NCBI RefSeq assembly: GCF_006345805.1
Contig: NC_042998.1
Span: 64,294,001-64,358,000 of the forward strand
Direction: 5' to 3'
From: Octopus sinensis
Taxonomy: Eukaryota
DNA length: 64,000 nt
Both the position numbers and the translations under genes were made by a program. Positions 38,001 through 51,490 of this stretch are shown here, piece after piece. The stretch's first letter is position 1. Each line of letters opens with the position of its first letter. The notes under the pieces were generated by a model. It made no database searches, was not told where the DNA came from, and was given only the letters and a program-made list of their open reading frames with translations.

Positions 38001-39218
38001 TATTGGGTCACCCCATAAGTAATGCGTTTAATTGCATGAATGTCGGATGAGAACACGATAAGCTACCTGCACGAACTTGCTATAAGAGCAGGTAGTATTT
38101 TTACCTTGTCCTTCTTACTATAAGTTTTGAAGAATGCAGTTCGATTTTAACTTTACGCTTTTCATAGCTATAATGGAAGTGATAAATGAGTATACTCGGC
38201 ATATTTTGCTTTATGAATCCAATAAATGTAATAACGCAACGGAAAATGCGAGGAATGTTAATGCAGTATATGGGGATCGGTCAGCATGCGCAAGCCAGTG
38301 TCAACGGTAGTTCCGGAAACTACAGCCCATGAGATGAGCATCGTCCTGGAAGATCTGCGAAGCTCAGCGAAGACGTTCTGCAAAACCTGATGGAATAAAA
38401 TCCCATCGTAACAGTCGAGGAAGTAGCAGGAAAGCTTGCCTTTGGTCTTTTAATCATTAATTGAAACCTGTGTGCCATCGGAAATGTCAGCAAATTTGGT
38501 CAGTTTGGTCATTCCGTGTCTATTCGCGTGCAGTGTGTGAATGTGTGTACTTCAAGTCTCACGAATAAACCCTTTTTGTACCGAATAGTGACGCGAGACG
38601 AAAAATGGGTTGTCTATTAAAATATTAAGCGCCGAAGACAGTGGGTAGTGAAAGGAGAAACACCGGCATTCCAGGCTAAAGATGGTCTTCACCTCCCTAA
38701 GGTATTGTGAACTGATATGAACGGTTTAATCTACTTCGAACTGTTAAAGCCAAACCAAACAATAACAAAGGAGATCAACTGTGAGCAGCGGCTTAAGTGG
38801 AGTCTAGATGAAAAACGCCCATCTTTGTTTTCAAAAGGAAACGTGTCTTCCTATCAGGATATTACTCGGCTAAATACAGCGTGGATGACATTCCAAAAGC
38901 TAGTGCAGTTTGAATGGGAATCGGTGCCCCACCCACCATATTCCCGAGGATTTGTCCCATTTCATTATTATTTATTCTGTAGTCTTCGCAATCATTTGGA
39001 CAGAAAAATTATGAATCTTGCAGACGATGTTAAAATAGTACTAGAGGAATATTTTTCGTCATGGACAAGTGAATCTTCGAAAAGGTACCATGCAAGTCTA
39101 CTAGATAGAAGGAAGATCATTGTAGAACATGAAGGAGATTAAAAAAGAACTTTGTTTAACTTAATCTAGAAAAATAAAAGGAATACAAAAACCGCATTAT
39201 TTATGAGATGACCCAATA
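38001..39218 (+). mobile_element. Complete but inactive mariner transposon (transposase pseudogene ~38173-39142)
   Basis: TA target duplication and 24-bp TIRs (ttgggtcaccccataagtaatgcg vs ttgggtcatctcataaataatgcg, 3 mismatches); IVTRDEKW and PHPPYS motifs; decayed QD and third-D regions; stops and frameshifts. Confidence 0.9.
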
Positions 39219-39384
39219 TAAGCTTGTGCTAGTGTTGTATATCTGCATGCGTGTTTATGTGTGTGTGTATGTGTATGTGTCTCTAGGTTCGGTACTAAAA
39301 TCATCCTGTTGTCTTTGCTTCTATCACAACTTCAAATTTTTGCTTCACTTTCAGAAAATAGTGTATTCAACTAAGTGGAGGATT

Positions 39385-39506
<122 letters not shown>

Positions 39507-39516
39507 AATCTATCCA

Positions 39517-39534
<18 letters not shown>

Positions 39535-39574
<40 letters not shown>

Positions 39575-39834
39575 CAGATTAGATTGTGTGTGTGTGTATG
39601 TGTGCGTGTGTGTGTGTTTGTGTGTGTGCCTCTCTGTGTGTCCATGTGAATCCCTAAAACTCGAGAAGTACACAACCGATTTCATCAAAATTTTACACAC
39701 AGCTCACTGAGGGTTCATGCGGTTTCATGGTCCCCAAAGTTTCAACTTCTTGCCTTCTTGCCTAATGCAAGACCAGATCAATCCATTATCACTTACACTA
39801 TTTTAGAATTACTTCTCTACTGTAACGTGAGATG

Positions 39835-39872
<38 letters not shown>

Positions 39873-41736
39873 TCACATATATATATATATTCTTATGCAT
39901 TCCAAAACCGAGTTACTGATGTTGACATATGGTGTAACAAAATATTCAGTAAGCCTTTGGCTACCAAATAATCTATATTTTCCTTTACATATATTATACG
40001 TTATCGCAACAACCAGCTATAGTTTTGTGAAACACACTGCTCTAAAACGACCAGGTTTCATTAGAAATTGAAAATAGTTTCACACTTTCAATTTCAACCA
40101 AAATTATCTAGTGTTGTATTATGAGAGTGACGCTGTTTCAATAACGAAAATAATGTTTCGCCGAATTAGTCACACCTGTACTATTATAAAGAAAGCTGCA
40201 TATCATCTATAATGTGATAACGCTATAATATATTTCACTTTCATTCTTTCACTTTGAATTCTAATGTGATAATATTAAGATCATTTTATTTCTATTATAT
40301 TTGAAATAAATGAATAATTTATTGTGAACAACATTACGCATCGGCAACTTTCCGTCTTTACGGCCACCACAGCAGAATGGTTTGCCAGTGTATGTGATGA
40401 CTGACATAACGAATGGCTGGAGGTGAAACTCTTGACAAACATCAATGAGGAGGCACGTCTAAGGTATATGAAAATACGGTTGAATTACTAGTTAATAACT
40501 ATCGCAGCAGTTGCAAGGTTGCAAGGTATTTACAGTTACATATTCACCTTTAAATTAACATTTAATATTATATATGTGCTTAATATATATATATATTTAA
40601 TATTATATATGTGCTTAATATATATATATATATATATATATATAGGAAATTTATCTATAATAATTATTGTAGCATTTACCTGTATTTCTATTTGGTTAAT
40701 TTATACTGAATACAAAATAAACACATACTATATATATATACAACTGCTTACAAGAATAGACATTAATGTATAATTTATTTCTATGTTCATATTAATCTCT
40801 TTAAAAATTGAAAAATATATGGCATCAAATAAGAGACGTAATCTCTCCAGAAACAAGTATAAAGCAAGGAGGATTGTAGAAAACCGAAGGCGAGAGTCTG
40901 AAGAGAGAAGCGAGATGATATTTTCTCAAAATCACCAAAGGCATGCTGCAGCACGTTAGACGGAGTCTCTAGTGAGAAGGGGGAAGAGAAATTCCTTAGA
41001 TCAGCAACGCATGCTGTACTTAATGCAGGATCATTAAATCAATGTTATTATCATTAGACAGAGGTGCAGTAGAAATTCGTTCTTCACAACTCCTGAAGCT
41101 TGTTTTCAGATATGATCCATCCAGAGTTATAAAAAGTGTAACTCTGTCCAAATTGGTGTGCTAAACACAAATTGTCCTTTCTGCAGGACAATTAAAAATT
41201 TTCAAATGAAACAAATGGTATGTAACATTTCCAGCTGTACCAGCTCCTTCTCATCCAGTCAAGTGATTGTCTGAACAATATCAGACAATACAATCCTTCA
41301 TTTCAAATGACATCCTTTACTGCATTTTAGAAGTTAGTTAAACATTATTTTACGCCGACGTTAAAGTTCAAGGGCAGTCTGTCACCTCATTGGTTCCCTG
41401 TTATCCACGAATGAACAACCGCAGTTCCTACAAATTTTCCTTTATAAGTTATATAGGACACGAAATCCGATGGAGGTGTTAACATTTCAGTTGATGGGTG
41501 ATGTTAGACACAGGGCCGACTGCTACAAAACAGAGTATATCCACTAACAGCTTAGGGTCTGAACTACTCCAAACGGGCTCATACCTTGCTAAGTCGAATT
41601 AGCCCATCATTTACTCCACAAATATTTTGTTGTCAATGCTGCACTTACCCATATCACATGTTGCAACGTAAGTGTAATATATTATATACAAACTATGCCA
41701 TTTTAATCCATTGCAAAGCCGGGTATCTCCGCTTGT
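39535..41736 (+). mobile_element. Internally deleted Helitron with RepHel N-terminal remnant
   Basis: TC-(TA)n-(TG)n start and aaccgatttcatcaaaattttacac motif; ATG 40819 MASNKRR..RRRESEER; FRYDPS..QIG..CPFC..NETNGM..LNNIRQYNxSFQMTSF..KVQGQ..HLIGSLL..FLQIF; 3' gcaaagccgggtatctccgCTTGT resembles a CTRR end. Confidence 0.7.
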
Positions 41737-43129
41737 GATATATAAATATGTAATGCCTATTATAGAAACAAAGTATTTTATAAATTTATGCCATCTATGA
41801 ATTATCCATGATTAATATTTCCCCCTTTTTCATAAAATCATCTCAAATATGTAATTCAGAATTTCAAAATGGATATCTCTTATCTGAAATCAAATTTTCC
41901 TTTTCTTTCTCAATATGACACTTAGCTAACCATCTGTACCTCAGCCTTGATCTTCATTCATTGGTATTAATATATTCTTATTCTTTGCAAAGATTTGCAA
42001 TTAACTTATTTGAAATGTTTACACAATTATTTACGCAGGAGACAAATTTAAACATTCATTCTCGGTGATTTTCTGACACGATAGACCATTCAGTAACATG
42101 AATAATATACAATTCTCATCAAATCCATTTCGGTGTATATTAGGTCTCTCTAAGATACAAAGCACATTTAACTAATTAACATATCTAACATTTCACGACG
42201 TTCGTAGTAGAAATTTATATTCTCATGGAGAATATAGTGTTATTATCCAGATACCAATTCTTTTCTATTATATTCACGCTATCGTTGCGGAATACTTTCA
42301 TAATCTTTGTATTTTGTTTCGTATCTTGATCAATTTAAAACTCTAAACTATTGAAAACAGGTATTTATTATCCTTTCCTTCGTTATTCTTATCAACAGAG
42401 TTAATATGATATTAACTGAATGAAGCGAAACGGTATTAACATGCAGATTTACGTGAGTTTTCACATTAGTAAGAATGTACAGGAATGTTTTGTGAAAAGA
42501 AGTTACGCAATAAAGAGATAGCAAGTAAAGGCGCTGTTTTTATCTAAATAATACTGCCATGATATTGTCTTTAATTTGTAGAATGTTGAATGCATTCAGA
42601 TAAAATAGATTTCTAGTAAAATATTCATGTGAGTAAATGTATATATATAAACTAAAATTTGCCATGACATAAGATTCCCTTAATTCGGTTAGGTTTCGAT
42701 TGGAGAAAAACTTTCACAATTCGAAGAGTCAATTCTAAAAAGAGAGAATAATTATATAACCGTTAAATTTCAAGGATTGGGCACCCTTGGGGGAAGTATA
42801 GCATGTATCGCCTTTACAAAACTAGCAGGAGGTTAAGATGATTGTATCAACCATGTTTAACGCTAAGAGGTAAAATGAATGCATGATGCAATTTCATACG
42901 ATTATGTTCTTTGGTATTGTACAAGAAAACATCGTTAACTTTCCGGAAAAAAAGTAGTCACAAGTAACTTATATTACAGTTCGTAGCATACATAAAGTTA
43001 ACTGGCATTTCGTACAAACCTGTATAGACATATATCTATGTCGATATATATATATTCATATGGAAATATTTATCATATATATATGTATGTATACATATAG
43101 ACACACACATGATCTGACACACTCTCTCT

Positions 43130-43252
43130 CCCTCTCACAGCTTCCCATCCTCTTCCTTTTCTTTTCTTTCCTGAGCGTCCAATAAAACTGTACTTATTCC
43201 ACCTACTCGTGTTGTTTTTTTTTTTTGCTTGTTCATGTTTGGTTTGACTATA
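43130..43252 (+). mobile_element. Family H short repeat, 3' fragment lacking the ribozyme
   Basis: 3' end homologous to 43695-43740; ends at a short (TA)n run. Confidence 0.45.
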
Positions 43253-43450
43253 TATGCACGAGTTATACACGAAACTACGAACGATATTCTGAGAAAGTAG
43301 CAAAACGACACATTACGACTCCCTGTAATTAACGCCTAATCTTTCTCTCACTCAAACCACTACTATTTGCGTTATATATATTTTTTTGCGGGGAGGGGTT
43401 GCAGATAGTATTGTATTCCACATTTTCCAAAGTCTATTAAAGAATATATC

Positions 43451-43528
<78 letters not shown>

Positions 43529-43624
43529 TGTGTGTGTGTGTGTGTGAGTGTGTGTGTGTGTATGCGTGTGTGTGTGTGCGTGTGTGTGTGACCACGTGTG
43601 TATCGTTCGCGATATTTTTTCCTC

Positions 43625-43740
43625 CATCTTCCCTTCCTTGGATCTTTCCTTTTCCTATGTTTCTGACGAAGAGCACGGCTCGGAACGTTAAAATCCTCGC
43701 GTTGTTGCGTTTGGTCTTTGTGTTTTCATGTTTAGATTAA
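43625..43740 (+). mobile_element. Family H short repeat with near-intact minimal hammerhead (43660-43692)
   Basis: TTT-CTGACGA-A-GAGC-ACG-GCTC-GGAAC-GTT-AAA; ends at (TA)n. Confidence 0.6.
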
Positions 43741-44579
43741 TATATATATATATAGATGTAATTTTATGAAATATTCTGTTATATTTTTTCATGTTTCTAC
43801 ATTTGTAGTATAGATTTAGTCTGTCAGCTTCGCTGTGATTCAGCATTCTTGCCATCAGGGCCATACGCAGCCTGATATTTGTTTCTATACATAATCTATC
43901 TTAAGTTAGATTATCCAATATATCCCACTTTGAAGAGCTTGCGTTTCGATAAATTTTTGATGGAAAATATTTACATGCTTCTACACGGCGATATAAACAA
44001 ACCTTTTCCTGGGAACTTAAACAATTTCGTTGAGCATAATTACTTGTAATTTCAGAAACTCAACTACGAACAAAATATGACGAGTGTTACAAATTACCCG
44101 TTAATTGATACTTTGGTTTATCTTAAGCTTATTGCAGTTTCTACAATTCGAAAAGCATTGTTTTATTATCTATAAACTCCTGAATAATTTTTTATTGAAC
44201 TTTGAACAATTTTTGGGAAAATAAATTCTTAATACAGTATTAGATATAATCGCCATTGGCTATTTAAAATACAGTTGCAAATTGGAAAAAATAAATAAGA
44301 ATTGAGTTTCTGTTTCATAAACTATTAATGTAGCCAGGTATTTACTAAAATATAATTTGATCCAATCGCTGTAATGGAATGTGTGCTTAGAATTTGTGAG
44401 TTGTAATTATGAAAAGCAAACATTGAAAAGTGTGTACATTTAAAAGTGTAGAGTGTTTCCCAAACAGCAATATAAATCGTCAGAAAGGAAATATTTTTCC
44501 ATATTAGGTGCATATTTTTCAGTTACATTATGCTAGATTTCTAAGACATGAGATATAATATTGAAAGCGACATGAACGT

Positions 44580-45700
44580 ATCATAGAACTAACTTTCAAT
44601 CCTAGAAGACTACATTAAGATCAAAACGCTATCAATATAATACAAATAAATAGCATAATTACAAGAACGAATAGACAATGAAAATATAATAAAAAGAATA
44701 AACGATATAAGAACAAAATATCAAAGTTCGAAATTATATAACCGTGAAAGCTATAAACATTAAACCGATGAATAACGAACATACATAACGAGAGATAAAC
44801 AAAGAAACTACATAAAAGACACACAAAATATCACATCGTATCATATTCACCATTTTTCCAAACCTTAAATACTTCAACGGAAATATGGACATCAAAAACA
44901 TCAAAGAGAACATCGTAATAAAATTGTAAATGTTGAATGTGACATTAATGTAAAGGTCGAAATATTTTAAGATGTAAAATCAAAAGATTTTTCCTCCGGA
45001 CAAGCGATATACATCTTTAATATTAAACTTAACGATATAATAGCAAGAAAATTGACAACAAAATCTATGTTATCAAATCTATACTTGAAACTTCTGCCAA
45101 CATCAATATTATTGAATGAAATGCCGTAGTAGTTACTGTGAAAATATATTAGCTTGTGAAGATATATCATACAGGAATATATATAAACTTAATCAACGTT
45201 GTGAAAAAACTTTATAGAGAATAGCAGAGAGAAAAGGAAATGCTCAATCAATCTTTATTGAAATTGATACTATCTTAAATTAAGTGAAAAACGGAAAGGG
45301 GATATAAATAATATAGAAATAAAGTGTATGGCATTTGTTATATTTTCGCGTAAAACTCTCACACTAAACGACGTCTTTTTGAAAATGGTAAAGTCTCATT
45401 TGAAAAGCAATAGTGTAAGTTATTTCACTAATGAATAGCTTATAGCTACAAAGTTAGCGATCAACTGTTCACATTATTGGAAGAAGAATATAGACAGACA
45501 GAAGTATTAATATAAAAGGTGGGAATATTACGAAGAATATGTGAACGATCCTAACCAGAATGGAATTAAACTTAACCCTGCTAAGTACAATGTGTATTAA
45601 ACACTACCGTTATAAAGCTTCTGAAAATCAAGAACTGGAGTGTAATTATCAACGTAAACATGGGCGTTCGTTGGAGATACGTATATGAAAATAAATTCTT
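44580..45700 (+). pseudogene. Possible ancient A-rich LINE relic
   Basis: Strong A-skew on the plus strand; faint ISLMNS and GIKLNPAK RT-like remnants. Confidence 0.25.
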
Positions 45701-45988
45701 GAAATATTCAGAAAATATAGATTTCGTATCCATCTGCCAACTTAATGGCCTTTGAATCCATTTTTTTTTAATGGCTTACGATAAATATTTTTTTTTTATG
45801 TAGGCCGTTTGAAGTAATTTCGCAAATGCTATATACACTATCATTTGCATATCAGAAAGGGACAGAAATTTAAACGCCAATCATCGAAAGAGATATCGAT
45901 TTTAAAGCTCACTATCTATATACAGTTAAGATATGCGATATTATGAAAAATAAATATATAATATTATCAATAACACTAACACACACAC

Positions 45989-46032
<44 letters not shown>

Positions 46033-46047
46033 CACATATATATATAA

Positions 46048-46119
<72 letters not shown>

Positions 46120-47180
46120 ATATATATATGTCCTTGGTAAACCAAGGACATTAATAGATCGAATATATATATATATGTATATATCAGAAGTAAAGACCTA
46201 AAGGGATTTTAAATATCCAAGTAAACCGGTTCAATCTAGAGCAAACAATATATAAAAAAACTATATATTCAATATATACAATAAATAAATAAATAAATGA
46301 AGTGTGATAAGGAAAACTTCTTTCGTTCCTTATTATACTTTATATATAGATATATATAATATATACCCACTCTACAAATGATTCATAAAATACAGAGGAA
46401 ATGTTACAACAACAGAGAAGCAGGAAGGCAATGTCGATGTTATTATTTTTCTAACGTCACGGGGAAAGAGAAACTATATAGAGATATTAATGGTGCATAT
46501 AAGACACGAAAAGACTACGTCTTCGGAAGAATTATGTTAATACACAAAAATTACTTCCATGAAATAATTGTATTTTCATCACGCCGAACATTGAAAGGGT
46601 AATTATTCAGAAATGTTTCGGGCAAAATATGCTGATACGCATAGTAAAGACTATAAGTTCATTCACAAAGGGTGTGGTTTGAATAAAATCTTACAGCAAC
46701 TGAGACTTGGCTCACGGAAATTTGGTTCACTAATGGAGAGTCAAAAATATGTAACATGTAATTATTTGAATTAAACTTAAAATATCAAAGAGTCGTAGAC
46801 TCATATCTACATACACACACATATGTATATATGCCTATATATCTGTATGGGTGAGTGTGAATGTGTGTGTGTGTGTATAAACCAACAAAAAGGAATTACA
46901 GGAGTTCAGTAATCTTTATATATTTCAGGCACAAATGCTCATAATCAGAAAAGTACCGTTTCGTGAAAAAAAAGCATCTACAACATGTTCGTTTTATTCC
47001 CGAATCGATCTACATAAACTCACATTTCTAAAATGTACAGTTCTGATGCTTGGCCGTTGTGCCTGAAGTACAAAAAAGCATTTACGCAACTTTACACACA
47101 CACATATTTGTAAATAAGTAATAAGGGTAGACAATTTGGTGTCCAGCATGCGTAATAAAGACAATAGACAACATATTTTT

Positions 47181-47508
47181 CATATAGTATTGTGTATGTA
47201 TTTATACACAAAATTGGTGACCTTTAACAGGAACCCTTACAAGTTGGAGTGGGCAGTTAAAGCCCAAACCACGAATAAGAGTAATTTCAAAGGGAACGAA
47301 AAATAACATATATCTATAAGTTAACCCCGATTCGTGTTTCTGCATTAATGTGTAAATAGATTAATTTGCCATCCGTGCTTCTTCAGTAAGGGCGCATGTT
47401 TATGCAGCTCTGTTATTCGTGGTTTGGGTTTTAACTGCTCTTTCCATCATGTAAGGTGTCCTGTTAAAGGTCACCTCTTTTGTGTAGAAATACGTACACT
47501 ATTATATG
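47181..47508. mobile_element. MITE/foldback with ~100-bp imperfect inverted arms and ~130-bp spacer
   Basis: 47181-47279 matches the reverse complement of 47412-47508 (ggtgacctttaacagga..ccttaca...gcagttaaa.cccaaaccacgaataa). Confidence 0.75.
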
Positions 47509-48345
47509 TAAATAAGTATGTATTTACATATGTGTATATATTAAAAAGATAAACCACGAAAGAATAAAGCGCAAATCTTTAATTTACATGCGCAAACATA
47601 CACACACATACACACAAACACACTCACGCACTCACACATTCACGTATGAATTGATACCGTGTTATCTTATGAATAAAGTGCTTTATTTCATTTGTGTGCA
47701 ATGTACTAATCAGAAAATGAGGAATATGTGGACCAACCTGATTTTGCAGCAATCCCAACACGCTCGTCATGCGGGTTTCATTTGATAAAAGATGCATTCA
47801 CGAATACTTAGTGCCACCACCATGATACTCACTACAGATACATACCAGCTTACGAGTGATGGATACAGTCTATCTGGACTCATTTTGTGCACCTATGATT
47901 GACGAACAGTCATATTGAACAAGATAAAATAGTTCACTGGCAAACAGTTATATACGTGCAGGTAGTATCACTTAGTACAAATTCATATACCGATATGCAC
48001 AAAGAGACCTGCAGCCTATTGTGGAAGCATTGGTCTAGACATGATGTTCTGGTATTGATATAATCATGATCGTTTGGTTATGTGAAGTGCTAGTTATATA
48101 CATATATCTGTATTTATTTGTAATAATACATTTGTATTGTGCAATGCGTAGCGTGCGTATAGATACGGGCTTGTAAAATAAGTTCTAATTCACTGGAATT
48201 ACTGTTACGTGCATAAAAACTGTGAAACTGTCGTAATCCTACGGATACATATTATTAAATAAATATATTCACCTTTCATACATCCAGAATTTTCCTTACT
48301 CTTCTCTTTCTCTCTATTGTATATATATATATATTATATATATAT

Positions 48346-48399
<54 letters not shown>

Positions 48400-48509
48400 T
48401 ATATATATATAATATAGATAATATATATATATATATATATATGTATATAAATAATATAATTATAGGCATATATATGCATATATGTACATACCTACACATA
48501 TGCATATAT

Positions 48510-48780
48510 GGGTACAGGATGTAAAAAACATGTTGAACACAATGAGAAACGAAAACAAAAGCAAAAATAGAAACGACGTTTTTTCGAACGACGAAAAGAA
48601 AAAGGAAACAAAGAAATGAGACATAAAACATAAAGAATATTCCCCTTCTTCAGTTGTCCCTGTTGCAACTACTCCACGTTTTCGAAGGCAAGCACAAGAC
48701 GCGACTTCGTTGAAACAGTCCAAAGCAAATTAAATAAAATTTGGGATTTTTTGCAGAGGGTGAAAGTGGTAACAAGAACA
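48510..48780 (-). mobile_element. Family I interspersed repeat
   Basis: Shares conserved blocks with 33405-33480. Confidence 0.5.
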
Positions 48781-48882
48781 TATATGCATATATTTATACA
48801 TACATATGTACGTATGTACATATATGTATGTATATATGCATATATTTATATAATTCCATTCATATATATATATATATATATA

Positions 48883-49067
48883 GTTATCCGTAATAATGAA
48901 GGGTGAAATTAATTAATTTGGAAAAATTATCAATTACACCAAGTAGTCTTCGGCATGTAAAAGCCTCATTCGAGGAAAATTTAAGTAATACTAAGCAATA
49001 AGGGTTTAGCAACGAGTTGCCTTACCACATGTGGTAAGGCAACTCGTTGCTAAACCCTTATTGCTTA

Positions 49068-49071
<4 letters not shown>
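48883..49071. repeat. Repeat head followed by a perfect 84-bp spacerless palindrome (48988-49071), between (TA)n tracts
   Basis: 42-bp arms, exact reverse complements centred on ccaca|tgtgg. Confidence 0.95.
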
Positions 49072-49101
<30 letters not shown>

Positions 49102-49364
49102 AATGGAATTAGGACAGGCAAAAAAAGGGTCCATACTTGGCTTTCTTTCATCAATCAAGTACCAAACTTCACGACCATTGAGATGGTTCGATGTGGTTGT
49201 CCCCCAAAAATTCTACGCTAAAAGCATTAGAACCCGTTGTAAGAAAGTTAGCAAATGTTTACGGCAACACAGAAGAAAACAAAAACAAAAACGGAGAACA
49301 TATATCTATCTATCTCTATCCCTCTCTGTCTCTGTCTGTCTGTCTGTCTGTATGTCTGTATCTA

Positions 49365-49442
<78 letters not shown>

Positions 49443-50410
49443 TATATATACATATACATATACATACATAGCTGAGATTAGTATCAGTTTGATATATGAT
49501 TTGTTTGGGCAAAGATGATCGAGTGACTAGGCTTAGAAATTTCTGTAAGTTCCTTGCTACGCACGTTCTTTAATTTGATATAACTGTAAGTTTGGAAGAG
49601 TAAGTTAAAGCTGCCACGGTTGAGAGAGCGTGCCTAATCTCAAACTACCAAAGCAACCTGAGTTCAATCTGTCGAATGTGGTTGATCACGTGTTTAGCCT
49701 TAAAAGCTGTTGTAACTTCCCCGCTGAGTCCGCGCGTTAATATCATTTGACTATACCTTTTGGCGCTGAAAATGAAGGGTGACACGCTGAAGTGAACATA
49801 TCTAATGACAATTGCCAAATTAGTCTCTTTATGATTAATCTGTCAAGTGGCACAAGGGACAGGAGTTATTTCTAAGCAACCCAGTGATTGAATATTTATT
49901 GTTCGTATCTATGTACGCAGGCCACAAATTTTGTTCTCCTCTAAATTGATGCGTTAGTATCAATGGATAAAAGCCAGGATTTTGATCAAAAGTTTGGTTG
50001 ATAGATATATAAATTCAACAAGTCAAGAAGCAGAATATTATTGTGTGAATAGTTATTGGCGAATATAGTTTATTAAAGATTATTCGGTGTTAGTCGGCAT
50101 TACTTTATCCATATAGTGTCGATGTTTATCTATGTTTCGTCTGTGATATTCACTGGAGAAAGATAAAACGGAAAGACTCGAAATTTCAGAGAATTATGTT
50201 TTGCATGTATGTCTATGAGTGTGCTCAATGGGATCTGTGTTGTACTTGGGTCCCCTTTTTGTCGTCGAGGAATTGTGAATTAATTTTCCAATTTCGTTTT
50301 TACATAAGTTAGACCCGATACATTTACATCCCTGTTACATCCGTAACGTTAAATAGTATATATTAAATATTTGGTAAATACACACGCCCACGCGCTCACA
50401 TGCATACACA

Positions 50411-50472
50411 CATACATACATACATACATACATACATACATACATACATACATACATACATACATACATACA

Positions 50473-50480
<8 letters not shown>
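50411..50480. repeat. (CATA)n microsatellite
   Basis: Direct reading. Confidence 0.95.
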
Positions 50481-50506
<26 letters not shown>

Positions 50507-50722
50507 GTACTCATACAGTTTGTAAATTCCTTCAGATTCACTTCGAAACAGTAGTAGATACAGATCCTAATGAAACTGTAGCGACAATAACAAAGGATGT
50601 ATATCTAATAGTGTCCAGTTGATGAGCGCATGTTCCGAAAATAATGCTGAAAATAACTGCTAGATGAAAATATAAATGTGAAAAATCTCCGATCCCCTTA
50701 TCATTATTAATACCATATATAA

Positions 50723-50923
50723 AGCGCGAGGTTGTAGAAACGTCAGCAAGCTGGTATTTCGTCAGTCTTTACGTTCTTGGTTCAAATTCTGTCGAGGTCG
50801 ACCTTGCATTTCATAATTTCGGGCTCGATAAATTAAGTACCATTTGGGTACTGTGCCTATCTAATCGACTGGTCACCCCCCTTCAAATTTTAGGCCTTGT
50901 GCCTAAAGTAGAGAATATCATTA
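50723..50923 (+). mobile_element. SINE family B monomer
   Basis: ggtatttcgtcagtctttacgttcttggttcaaattctgtcgaggtcgacc...aagtacc...ggccttgtgcctaaagtaga. Confidence 0.8.

Positions 50924-51490
<567 letters not shown>

Noticed and set aside
42582-42628. Plus-strand segment with strong acceptor and GTGAGT donor
   Set aside because: Stops in all three frames. Like the similar minus-strand case near 53095-53183, it shows how often splice-like pairs arise by chance here.
47320-47392. Hammerhead in the MITE spacer
   Set aside because: Extra base before GAAA and no room for both the cleavage nucleotide and stem I.
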